A DNA stretch of 64,000 nucleotides from a candidate division FCPU426 bacterium (GTDB lineage Bacteria; Oederibacteriota; PGYV01; Palsa-1178). Within the stretch, counting starts at the first letter, position 1; every line of letters begins with the position of its first letter. Below the pieces are notes generated by a model, which saw only the letters and a list, made by a program, of their open reading frames with translations, was not told the origin of the DNA and did not search any database. Position numbers and translations under genes: made by a program. Positions 51,142 to 60,198 of this stretch are shown piece after piece. The stretch covers positions 32,001-96,000 of the forward strand of contig CAWIXE010000001.1 of NCBI GenBank assembly GCA_963840035.1, given 5' to 3'.

Positions 51142-51365
51142 ATGGGTGCAGGACGATATAAGGGGTTTTGGGAGGGGGTTAGTTAGGGGGAACCTGCACC
51201 CATATTTTATTAGTTCATCTCTGTGTGTTTTTTAAGAACTTTATAGCATGTCTACTAATAATTGATGTAAAAGTGAGGTTTTTGCGTCATAGCTAGGAAG
51301 TGTTTGTTTCCGGGTTTCCATCTTCCTGGTCTGCTCACTTTTTGTCTTAAAACCCGACTGTTTCA
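51139..51365 (-). ncRNA. candidate small RNA
   Basis: Upstream TTGACA-N17-TATATA; 14-bp stem AATATGGGTGCAGG/CCTGCACCCATATT with C-rich loop; terminators immediately downstream. Confidence 0.45.
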
Positions 51366-51440
51366 ATAGCATATATACCAAATATAAAAGCCCGTGTCAA
51401 GAAATATAAAATAATTTTAATTTTGATGTTGGCTTACAGG

Positions 51441-51809
51441 TTATACAGAAGTTTTTTTGCCTTTTTTGTAAATTTCAACTTTTTCGGCCGAGCCGTCCTT
51501 GGCGTAACAAATCCACTGGCCTTCTTTTAATCCGGAAACAAAGTTTCCCTTCCTTTTAATCAGCCCTGAATCAATATCATAAAACTCCGTATACTCCCCG
51601 TGCAGCACTCCCATATCATAATTGGCTTCAACATAAAGGCTTGTTTCAGGGTCATAGCTGACGTACATGCCGTGATAAACAACTGACGGCCCTTTACAGC
51701 CTCCTGAACAGCCGCATCCGGATGAACATTTTTCAGCGGATTTTTTTACCGCCTTCTTCTTTTTTGCCGGCTTTGCTTTTGCCTTTACTTTTGTCTTTTT
51801 AACAGCCAT
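51441..51809 (-). CDS. MORN-variant (YwqK-like) repeat protein with Lys-rich/Cys-Gly N-terminus
   Basis: G.LHGEY.EFY, G.KEGQW motifs. Confidence 0.7.
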   Translation of the reverse strand: MAVKKTKVKAKAKPAKKKKAVKKSAEKCSSGCGCSGGCKGPSVVYHGMYVSYDPETSLYVEANYDMGVLHGEYTEFYDIDSGLIKRKGNFVSGLKEGQWICYAKDGSAEKVEIYKKGKKTSV

Positions 51810-51810
51810 T

Positions 51811-52119
51811 TTATTTTGTTTCATCCTCGTCATCGTACATGGTGCGCTCCAAAAGCTCGCCCCTGTTCCATATTTTTACCGACTCGACGCGCCCTTTTTT
51901 ATCAAACTCTGTCCAGACGCCCTGCTTTGTGCCGTTTTCATAATGGCCCTCAGTCTTTATTGCCTTTTTTTCCTCGTCAAAAAACTCCTTGTACACGCCG
52001 TGCATGATGCCGTTCTCGAATTTAGCGAGTTTGCTTGTCTTAGTGTAGGGGTCATAAGCGTCATAGGTGCCGTTCAAAGTGCTTACAATAAAATCGCTGC
52101 CGTGCTTTTTTTCAGCCAT
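51811..52119 (-). CDS. MORN-variant (YwqK-like) repeat protein
   Basis: NGIMHGVYKEFF, EGHYENGTKQGVW. Confidence 0.75.
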   Translation of the reverse strand: MAEKKHGSDFIVSTLNGTYDAYDPYTKTSKLAKFENGIMHGVYKEFFDEEKKAIKTEGHYENGTKQGVWTEFDKKGRVESVKIWNRGELLERTMYDDEDETK

Positions 52120-52211
52120 TTTTTGCGCCTCCAGAGGAATTGTAATTACAGAAAAATTATAACAAAATTACAGGCGGTGTTCAATGATTTTTATAGGGAC
52201 GGCCTTTTGGC

Positions 52212-52550
52212 CTAAAAAGCCTTTACCGCGTTTTCCACATCCTGGTGGTACTGGAAGATGTTCACAAAATCAAGAAGTTCGAATATTTCAAGCACTTCCC
52301 TTTTCATGCTGGCTATTTTTATGTCTCCCTTTGACTTCCTGACCTCGTGCAGGTAGCCCACAAAAAGCCCCCATCCGGCGCTGCTTACATAATCAGTCTT
52401 CTCAAGGTCTATGACTATCTTATACTCCCCGGCTTTAATGGTGTCTTCTATGGCTGTTTTTAGTATTCCGGAATTATCCGAATCAATGAACCCTATGCAC
52501 TTCAGCACAACTACATCCCCGCGCTTATCCTTGTTAAGTGTTAGAGCCAT
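52212..52550 (-). CDS. STAS domain anti-sigma factor antagonist
   Basis: DYVSSAGWG. Confidence 0.9.
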   Translation of the reverse strand: MALTLNKDKRGDVVVLKCIGFIDSDNSGILKTAIEDTIKAGEYKIVIDLEKTDYVSSAGWGLFVGYLHEVRKSKGDIKIASMKREVLEIFELLDFVNIFQYHQDVENAVKAF

Positions 52551-52562
52551 AATCCCCCCTTA

Positions 52563-52904
52563 TTAAAATGCCCTGACAGCCTTTTCCACGTCCCCAAAAT
52601 ATTCAAGTATGTGCGTAAAATCCAGCACCTCATACACCTCAAGCACTTCAGGCTTCATATTCGCGAGCTTAATGTCGCCTTTATTTTTCATCAGGTTCTT
52701 TTTATATCCCACAAATATTCCCCAGCCGGCGCTGCTTATGTAATCAGTCCCCGCAAGGTCTAATATTATCCTGTATTTTTTCGCTTTCAGCGCCTCTTCC
52801 ATGGCAGCCTCGAGGATGGACGAAGTCAGGGTATCTATAAAGCCTTCTGTCTTCATAATACGGACGTTCTGCTTATCCTCTATTTTTATCTTCAAATTTT
52901 CCAT
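52563..52904 (-). CDS. STAS domain anti-sigma factor antagonist
   Basis: DYISSAGWG; tandem paralog. Confidence 0.9.
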   Translation of the reverse strand: MENLKIKIEDKQNVRIMKTEGFIDTLTSSILEAAMEEALKAKKYRIILDLAGTDYISSAGWGIFVGYKKNLMKNKGDIKLANMKPEVLEVYEVLDFTHILEYFGDVEKAVRAF

Positions 52905-52968
52905 GCAATCTCCCCATATTCTTTTTATCGCCGGCCCGGCAGTATACGCTGCCGTTTATAAAATCGCG

Positions 52969-53412
52969 CTAACGCCCCAGAATCTTCAGCATATTCACGC
53001 CGGTTTCAGCGTCCATTTCCTTCATCGCTTTCATCCCTTTTAGCTCTATAAGCATGGCTTCAATTGTAATGAATATTTTTGTGTCTTTCCTGACACAGCC
53101 CGTCATGGTTTTTCCGCCTTTTCCCATGGACGTATGTATGTGAACCTGGGGGCCCTGGGCCCCTGAAAAAACAGAACCCGTTCCGAATACCTCCCACGCG
53201 TCCTTAAAAGAGAGCCATTTCGGGTCCGGAGGAATCACGGGCTTTACCGGACCTGCAACAATTTTTCCTTCCTTAAGCGCCCCGAGAAAAACAAAAAACG
53301 CCGTACTTATCTTTTCTTTTTTCACAAAGTTCAGTATCTCGATGTTAAAATCATCATTATTGTCAAACTTCAGGGTAAATACCCTTCCTATTTTCCCGGC
53401 TGTATATTTCAT
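52969..53412 (-). CDS. PPC/DUF296 domain protein
   Basis: LGAL, WEV.G.G, HIH motif. Confidence 0.85.
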   Translation of the reverse strand: MKYTAGKIGRVFTLKFDNNDDFNIEILNFVKKEKISTAFFVFLGALKEGKIVAGPVKPVIPPDPKWLSFKDAWEVFGTGSVFSGAQGPQVHIHTSMGKGGKTMTGCVRKDTKIFITIEAMLIELKGMKAMKEMDAETGVNMLKILGR

Positions 53413-53606
53413 TTTTCCTCCGGAGCTGCCTGTACTTTTTTGGGCTGCGTCCTGTTAAGTGTTATTGACATGACAAGTATGGCGGCAAGTCCGAAACCCG
53501 CGCCTGTGTAAAAAAGGTTTTCCTGCCCCGAGCCCGCGAGTATAAACCCCGCTATGGCCAGCATAAACGACAGGGCAACGCCGCATATAATTAATATTGT
53601 TTTCAT
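53409..53606 (-). CDS. small 2-TM hypothetical protein
   Basis: Two hydrophobic segments; ATGA overlap with the next gene. Confidence 0.55.
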   Translation of the reverse strand: MKTILIICGVALSFMLAIAGFILAGSGQENLFYTGAGFGLAAILVMSITLNRTQPKKVQAAPEEK

Positions 53607-53618
53607 TAAGCGTCCCAA

Positions 53619-53942
53619 TTATCCTTCGACTTCGCCGACGTTCAATTCCCTTGTTAAAAACATGGAGCCGTCGTCCTGTGCGGACTGTTCCCTTGGATTG
53701 ATTGATCCTTTAAACCTGATTATCACACCGTCCCTGGAGTTGCTTAACGCTTTTGACAGGTCAGAAAGCAGTTTTTTTGCCCTGCCGGGGCTTAAGTATA
53801 TGTTTGGTGTTTCAGGCAGGACCAGAAATGAATTAGGCTTTAAAACGAACATATTGACATCAAGATCTATCACCTGTCTGTCAATCACCTTATCTTTTGA
53901 ACCCGCTTTTTTTTCTGCGGTTTTCTTTTTCTTCAGGGCCAT
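53619..53942 (-). CDS. hypothetical protein
   Basis: AGGAGG RBS before MALKKKK. Confidence 0.6.
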   Translation of the reverse strand: MALKKKKTAEKKAGSKDKVIDRQVIDLDVNMFVLKPNSFLVLPETPNIYLSPGRAKKLLSDLSKALSNSRDGVIIRFKGSINPREQSAQDDGSMFLTRELNVGEVEG

Positions 53943-54028
53943 GACCAACCCTCCTTTACTTTGCTGTTTATTCACATCTACATTATACATTAAATCCGGC
54001 CATTATAAAAGAAAAACCAATAATATTT

Positions 54029-55300
54029 TCAGGCTTTAGCCTCAATATGACTGTTTTCGTCTTCCTTATAGCGCTCCCTGATGGCCTTTATTATTTCATA
54101 GATCTGAAAGAATGAATCCACAACTTCAGGGTCAAAGTGTTTTCCGGCATTTTCCCTTATATACCCGAGGGTCTTTTCCTCTTCCCAGGCGTCCTTATAA
54201 ACCCTTTTCGACATCAACGCGTCATATACATCGGCTAACGCGACTATGCGGCCGGTAATGGGAATCTCTTCCTCTTTTTTCCCGCCGCCTAAGGTAACCT
54301 CTTCGGAGAGCTGAAGGTCCGTCAATTTCCCTGGATATCCGGTGCCGTCCCACTTTTCATGGTGGGAGAGCGCTATCTCCGCGGCCATCGCGTCAAGCTC
54401 GGACTCCTTGGCTGAAAACAGCCTGTACCCGAGTATGGTATGCATCTTCATTTTATTGAATTCAGCCTCATCAAGCTTTCCCGGTTTTTTCAGTATCTGG
54501 TCAGATATGGCCACCTTGCCCGCGTCATGGAGCATGGCCGCTATCCTTAACTTATCCTTATACCTCCTGATAAATTCCGGAGGAAACCCCCTGTTTTCCG
54601 CCCATCTGTGGTATATCTCCACGGCGTAAGCTCCCATCCTGTTAACATGCATCCCGGTTTCTTTAGGGTCGCGGAACTCGACCATCCTTAACATGCGCAG
54701 CACCATCTGTCTTGTTGACTTCGCCCTTTCTATGGCCATGGCCGCGTCATTGGCAAAGTATGATATGAAAATTTTATCCTGCTCGCTGAAGGATGTTACC
54801 TTCCCGGAAGCGTTTTTCGCGTTAATAACCTGCATGACGCCTATTACCTTGTTTCTTATTGTTTTTAGCGGAATGGAAATTATTGATTTTGTCCTGTATT
54901 TGTTAACCGTGTCAAAATCCTTATTAAATGTACAATCGCATTTCGCGTTATTTTTCGGCATCTTATAGACGTCTTTAAACTCCAGTATCTTTCCCATTTT
55001 TACTGTGGCACCGGCTATAGACCCGTCATCTATCGGAATTTCCTTGTTTAAATAATTATAACGCATGGAAGGATTTTTGGAAAAAAGGACCTCGTTCTGG
55101 GTGTAGTTCATCACGAGTTTGTCTTCATCTACGAGGAAAATGGTGCCGCTTTCAGCCTTTGTAAAACGCCGCACTTCAAAAAGCACCTTATCCAGAAGGA
55201 CATCAATGTCAGCTATGTTATTTATCTCCTCGGATATTTTGAGGATTTCCTTTAGTATTTCCCTGTCGGATTTTATTTTTTCCTTCTTTTTTCCGCGCAT
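54029..55300 (-). CDS. GAF + HD-GYP cyclic-dinucleotide phosphodiesterase
   Basis: LHDAGK, HHEKWDGTGYP, ADVYDAL; N-terminal GAF. Confidence 0.9.
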   Translation of the reverse strand: MRGKKKEKIKSDREILKEILKISEEINNIADIDVLLDKVLFEVRRFTKAESGTIFLVDEDKLVMNYTQNEVLFSKNPSMRYNYLNKEIPIDDGSIAGATVKMGKILEFKDVYKMPKNNAKCDCTFNKDFDTVNKYRTKSIISIPLKTIRNKVIGVMQVINAKNASGKVTSFSEQDKIFISYFANDAAMAIERAKSTRQMVLRMLRMVEFRDPKETGMHVNRMGAYAVEIYHRWAENRGFPPEFIRRYKDKLRIAAMLHDAGKVAISDQILKKPGKLDEAEFNKMKMHTILGYRLFSAKESELDAMAAEIALSHHEKWDGTGYPGKLTDLQLSEEVTLGGGKKEEEIPITGRIVALADVYDALMSKRVYKDAWEEEKTLGYIRENAGKHFDPEVVDSFFQIYEIIKAIRERYKEDENSHIEAKA

Positions 55301-55383
55301 GTAGCACCTATAGGATATATTTTTGTACCGATAATAATTATACCATATCTTTTGACCGTTGTCAGGTTTTTTGTTAGTTTTTG

Positions 55384-56433
55384 TTACAGGCTGATAAATC
55401 CGCTTCCAATTACGGCGTTTCCTCTGTAAAACACCGCAAGCTGGCCGGGCGTTACGGCTTCCTGGGCTGTTCCAAATACCGCAATACCTTTTTTCCCTTC
55501 AAGGCGTATTTTAGCGGGCCATCTTTTCTGCATATACCTTATCCTGACATAGGCTGTAAATGACGCCGCTTTAACAGGAATAAACATTTTAACATCCTCA
55601 AGCTTTATTTCTTTGCTTGCCGCTTCAGACCTGTCGCCTAATATTACCCTCTTTTTTTCGGCGTCTATGGCGACGACATAAACAGGTTTGCCCGCTGAAA
55701 CACCCAGCCCCTTGCGCTGCCCTACAGTGTATTTAAAATACGCTCCGTCCTCAATGTCGCGTATTTTATCCCCTCCGGAATAATACAGGCTGCCCTTTTC
55801 CATGGAACTTATATCAGCGCTGCGGGCTATGAATTCATAAGGGGTTTCCTTATCCCTTAAAAAACATATTTCCTGGCTCTCGCGTTTTTCCACATAAATT
55901 GACTTCTTAATTGCCAGCGCCTTTACCTCTTCTTTGGTCCTGTTTCCCAGCGGGAATTTAACGCGCGGCAGCCATTTTTTATCAAGCCTCGCCAGAAAAT
56001 ACTCCTGCGACTTTTTTTTATCCCTGCCCGCGCCGATAAGCAGCGCCCCGTTTTTTTTCACTATCCGCGCGTAATGGCCCGTGGCTATATAGTCAAACTT
56101 AAGTTCCTTCATTTTTTTTATAAGCGCGGCGAATTTTATGGTGTCGTTGCAGACGACGCACGGGTTAGGGGTTAAGCCATTAATGTAACCGGAGATGAAA
56201 GGGTCCACGACTTTCTTTTTGAATTCTTTCTTGAGGTTCAGCACATAGTGCCTGATGCCGAGCTTAAAGCATGCCCGCTTCGCGTCCATGATATCGTCAT
56301 AATTGCAGCAGCGTGAGGCGTCGTCCCAGAGCTTCAATGTAAGGCCGACTACTTCATGGCCCTCATCCTTCAGGATGGAGGCGGCAACTGTCGAATCAAC
56401 GCCGCCTGACATGCCTACGAATATGCGGGACAT
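55384..56433 (-). CDS. mnmA: tRNA 2-thiouridine(34) synthase
   Basis: MSGGVDS, TPNPCVVCN, ATGHY, TPGQ. Confidence 0.95.
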   Translation of the reverse strand: MSRIFVGMSGGVDSTVAASILKDEGHEVVGLTLKLWDDASRCCNYDDIMDAKRACFKLGIRHYVLNLKKEFKKKVVDPFISGYINGLTPNPCVVCNDTIKFAALIKKMKELKFDYIATGHYARIVKKNGALLIGAGRDKKKSQEYFLARLDKKWLPRVKFPLGNRTKEEVKALAIKKSIYVEKRESQEICFLRDKETPYEFIARSADISSMEKGSLYYSGGDKIRDIEDGAYFKYTVGQRKGLGVSAGKPVYVVAIDAEKKRVILGDRSEAASKEIKLEDVKMFIPVKAASFTAYVRIRYMQKRWPAKIRLEGKKGIAVFGTAQEAVTPGQLAVFYRGNAVIGSGFISL

Positions 56434-56481
56434 AAGCTAAGCACATGGCCCAAAGTAAATAGCCCAAGTAAAACAGTTCAC

Positions 56482-56886
56482 TTATCCCTCTTGGGCTTTG
56501 GGCCCTGGGATTTGGGCTTTCTTTGCCCTGTAATCCTCTATCGCCTTCTTAATCCCGTCTTCCGCCAGGACAGAGCAGTGGTGCTTTTCCTTCGGAAGTC
56601 CTCCCAAAAGGTCGACTATCCTTTTATTGGAGACTTCAAGCGCCTCTTCCACTGTCTTGCCGATTACCAGTTCCGTGGCAAGAGAGGATGTGGCAATCGC
56701 GGCCACGCACCCGAACGTTTCAAACTTGCAGTCTGTTATGATGTTGTTCTCCACTTTTATATATATCCACATGACATCCCCGCATACCGGGTTGCCTACT
56801 TTTCCTATTCCGGAGGCATTTTCTATCCTGCCGTTATTTGTCATGTCTTTGAACTGCTTTATCACTTTTTCGCTATACTGTTGCAT
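56482..56886 (-). CDS. iscU: Fe-S scaffold IscU/NifU
   Basis: GNPVCGD, FGC, KHHCS. Confidence 0.9.
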   Translation of the reverse strand: MQQYSEKVIKQFKDMTNNGRIENASGIGKVGNPVCGDVMWIYIKVENNIITDCKFETFGCVAAIATSSLATELVIGKTVEEALEVSNKRIVDLLGGLPKEKHHCSVLAEDGIKKAIEDYRAKKAQIPGPKAQEG

Positions 56887-56987
56887 GGGAGAACCTCCAG
56901 TATGTTGTGCTATGTGATGTGTGCTAAGTGGTATGTGGAAGGGCAGATCCTTCACTTAGCACATATCACGCGCCACTTATCACGCCT

Positions 56988-57896
56988 TTACAGGCTTAGC
57001 ATCTTCTCTATAGGCTTAATCGCCTTTTTCATTATCTCATCGGAAAGTTTTATCTCGTACTGTTCCTTTGTTATGGAGTCGTAAACGTCCTGGATCCTTG
57101 TTTTTTTCATGTTCGGGCATATTTTAGCGTTGCCCAGGGAGAAAAATTCCGCGTCCGGCCTTTCCTTTTTCAGCCTGTGTATGTGCCCCTCTTCGGTCCC
57201 CACTATGAACTTCTTATCAGGGCTTTCCTTTACGTATTTTATCATCGCGGCCGTGGATGCCACAAAATCCGCGAGCTCCAGCACCGACATGTCAGCTTCC
57301 GGGTGCGCCATAACTTTCGCGTCCGGGTGCGCCCTTCTGGTTTTTATTACCTCTTCCTTTGTAAAGCGCTGGTGCACATTGCATCCGCCTTCATGCAGTA
57401 TTATGTCCTTTTCAGGCACGTGTTTTTTTACCCACGCCCCCAGGTTTGAATCCGGAAGGAAAACCACCTGTTTTGTCGGCGCTTTCCTTACCATATCCAC
57501 GGCGTTTGCCGATGTGCAGCATATGTCCAGTGTCGACTTTACTTCCGCGCTGGTGTTTACATAACCCACTATGGTGGCGTCAGGATATTTTTCCCTGTAT
57601 GCCAGCGCTTCTTCCATCGTGATGCAGTCAGCCAGAGGGCATCCCGCGTCCCTCCTTGGTATCAGGACTTTTTTTCCGGGCGAAAGTATCTTCGCCGTCT
57701 CGGCCATAAAAAGCACTCCGCAAAAAATTATTATTTTTTCCTTTGCCGCGGCCGCTTTCCTGGAAAGTTCAAGCGAGTCCCCTGTAAAATCCGCCAGGTC
57801 CTGGACCTGCGGTATCTGGTAATTGTGGGCGATTATGAGGGCGTCTTTTTCCACTTTCAGTTTCTTTATTTCTTCGATCATCTGCGTTTCATTCAT
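56988..57896 (-). CDS. nadA: quinolinate synthase
   Basis: AHNYQ, FCGVLFMAE, YVNT, HPE, CPNM. Confidence 0.95.
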   Translation of the reverse strand: MNETQMIEEIKKLKVEKDALIIAHNYQIPQVQDLADFTGDSLELSRKAAAAKEKIIIFCGVLFMAETAKILSPGKKVLIPRRDAGCPLADCITMEEALAYREKYPDATIVGYVNTSAEVKSTLDICCTSANAVDMVRKAPTKQVVFLPDSNLGAWVKKHVPEKDIILHEGGCNVHQRFTKEEVIKTRRAHPDAKVMAHPEADMSVLELADFVASTAAMIKYVKESPDKKFIVGTEEGHIHRLKKERPDAEFFSLGNAKICPNMKKTRIQDVYDSITKEQYEIKLSDEIMKKAIKPIEKMLSL

Positions 57897-57993
57897 GTGA
57901 ACTCCTTTTATTTATTACGTGCTATGTGATATGTGGTAAGCGATATGTGCATTGCCTTACCTTGCCACTTATCACATAACACATATCACTTTT

Positions 57994-59172
57994 CTATTTT
58001 TTCCGTTCATTCCACATCGGCGACATTTTGCGCAGTTTTTCCACGGCTGGAGGCAGCACTTCAAATACTTTATCCACATCTTCGTCGGTGGAATACTTTG
58101 AAAATGAGAACCTGATGGACCCGTGCGCTGTTTCATGGGGCAGCCCGAGGGCTAAAAGCACATGCGACGGGTCAAGAGAGCCTGACGCGCATGCCGAGCC
58201 TGACGATACGCAGATGCCTTCGAAGTCCATGTGTATGAGCATTGCCTCGCCCTCTATATACTTTACACAAATATTGAGGGTGTTGTCCACCCTTTTTTCA
58301 GGATGTCCGTTCATTATTATCTCGGGAATCCTCTCAAAGAGCCCTTTTTCAAGCCTGTCGCGGAGCCCCTTAATGCGCGCCATGTCATTTTTATCATTTA
58401 AATGTTCCCCGGCGATGGTACATGCCTTTGCCATGCCTATTATGCCGGCAACATTCTCAGTACCGGAGCGCTTTGAGCTTTCCTGGTGTCCGCCCTGGGT
58501 GATGGAGTGTATGCGCACGCCTTTTTTCAGGTAAAATATCCCCACGCCTTTGGGGCCGTGGAATTTATGCGCCGAAAGAGAAAGCATGTCTATGTTCATT
58601 TTTTTGACGTCAATTGCCACCTTGCCCGGGACCTGAACCGCGTCAGTGTGGAAGTAAACCTTTGCTTCCCTTGCGATTGCTCCTATCTCCGCCACCGGCT
58701 CTATGGTGCCTATTTCATTATTGGCGAACATTATGGAAATAAGGACCGTGTCCTTCCTTATCGCGTTTTTCAGCTCCTGTAAATCTATCAGGCCGTATTT
58801 ATCCACGCCCAGATAAGTGACTTCCCAGCCGTGTTTCTCCATGTATTTGCAGGTCTCAAGTATGGCCGGATGCTCTATCTTTGAGGTAATGATGTGCTTT
58901 CCTTTATCAGTGTTGGCATATGCTATGCCTTTAATGGCCATGTTATCGGATTCCGTTCCGCCGGATGTGAATATGATCTCCTTCGGGTCGGCATTCAGAA
59001 ATTTCGCCGCTTCCTCGCGCGCGGCCTCCACGTCTTTCCTTATCTCCTGCGCGGCTGAATATACGCCGGAGGCGTTAAAATACTTTTCCGTAAAATAAGG
59101 CTCCATGGCCTTTAACACTTCAGGGTCTGTTTTTGTGGTCGCGTTGTTGTCCAGGTAATATAATTTTGCCAT
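57994..59172 (-). CDS. iscS: cysteine desulfurase
   Basis: LDNNATT, SAHKFHGPKG, SSGSAC. Confidence 0.95.
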   Translation of the reverse strand: MAKLYYLDNNATTKTDPEVLKAMEPYFTEKYFNASGVYSAAQEIRKDVEAAREEAAKFLNADPKEIIFTSGGTESDNMAIKGIAYANTDKGKHIITSKIEHPAILETCKYMEKHGWEVTYLGVDKYGLIDLQELKNAIRKDTVLISIMFANNEIGTIEPVAEIGAIAREAKVYFHTDAVQVPGKVAIDVKKMNIDMLSLSAHKFHGPKGVGIFYLKKGVRIHSITQGGHQESSKRSGTENVAGIIGMAKACTIAGEHLNDKNDMARIKGLRDRLEKGLFERIPEIIMNGHPEKRVDNTLNICVKYIEGEAMLIHMDFEGICVSSGSACASGSLDPSHVLLALGLPHETAHGSIRFSFSKYSTDEDVDKVFEVLPPAVEKLRKMSPMWNERKK

Positions 59173-59182
59173 GTCCGTCTCC

Positions 59183-59614
59183 TCACTTTTTTCCCATTGC
59201 CATGTGGGTGTCAGATACCTCAAGCAGGGTTGTTTTCTGTAAAAATCCGTTCACGAGCTTATCAAGCCTTACCCATACGTTCCTGATGCCGCATTTTTTC
59301 GCGTTCCCGCAGTTGTCTATGTCAGCGGCGCATTTCGTGGATGAAGTGCCTTTTTCTACGGCATCAAGTATGTCAAAAACCGTTATTTCCTCAGGCTTTT
59401 TTTCCAGCTTAAAACCGCCTTTTTCGCCCTTTATTGACGCCACTAACCCGGCTTTCCTTAAATTAACGAATATGTTCTCAAGGTAGCGGTTGGATATATT
59501 CTCCTTAACCGATATTTCCTTGATTGATACCGGGGCGTTTCCCCTGGAGTTATATGATACTGCCAGGTGCGTTAAAGCCCTGAGTGCGTACCTTCCTTTT
59601 GTTGATATGTTCAT
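59183..59614 (-). CDS. iscR: Rrf2 family regulator (IscR-like)
   Basis: STKGRYA, three C-terminal Cys, heads the iscS-iscU operon. Confidence 0.8.
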   Translation of the reverse strand: MNISTKGRYALRALTHLAVSYNSRGNAPVSIKEISVKENISNRYLENIFVNLRKAGLVASIKGEKGGFKLEKKPEEITVFDILDAVEKGTSSTKCAADIDNCGNAKKCGIRNVWVRLDKLVNGFLQKTTLLEVSDTHMAMGKK

Positions 59615-59633
59615 TTATACCTCGCTTTGGTGA

Positions 59634-59682
59634 TATATCACCTTGTTAGTGATATTGTAGCAAAAATGGTGGGGTTTGTCAA
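59634..59682 (-). promoter_or_regulatory. promoter and probable autoregulatory Rrf2 operator
   Basis: TATATCACCTTGTTAGTGATAT; TTGACA-N17-TACAAT. Confidence 0.7.
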
Positions 59683-59845
59683 GTGGGACAAGTATTCATG
59701 AGATAAGAGACAGGAGACTGGAGACAAAAGTAAAACGAAAAGCATACCATTTCGCCGAGTTCTTTTCTCCTGTCTCCTGAACTTATATCTTGACTGTCAT
59801 CTTATATATGAGATATTACTATTATTAAATTTCAGGAGGTTTGTT

Positions 59846-60136
59846 ATGAAAAAAATTTTCCCGTTATTATCCGTGTTGCTTTTTATTTCCTGCGTATCCA
59901 CAGGCCCTTTTAAGCAGGATGTTTCCGGCGGGAGCGCCCTTGTTATCGCATCAGGTGGCGTATCTGAAACCATAGTCAGCAGACAGGTTGATTTAAATGA
60001 GAACTCCATCGTCGCCTCCATCAAAGCCGGTGACATGGTGAAAGTAATCAAAAAAACCGCGGCTGCCGCGCTTGTGCAGCTTCCTGACGGCAAAACAGGC
60101 TGGATGGACATAAAATTCCTGAAGGAAGGAAAATAA
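59846..60136 (+). CDS. small lipoprotein with SH3-like domain
   Basis: GGAGG RBS, lipobox-like FISC, DGKTGW motif. Confidence 0.75.
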   Translation: MKKIFPLLSVLLFISCVSTGPFKQDVSGGSALVIASGGVSETIVSRQVDLNENSIVASIKAGDMVKVIKKTAAAALVQLPDGKTGWMDIKFLKEGK

Positions 60137-60198
60137 AATATAAAGGGGCGGGATTTCTCCCGCCCCTTTCCCGGACTTTTACCTTTCAGTTTTTGCCT

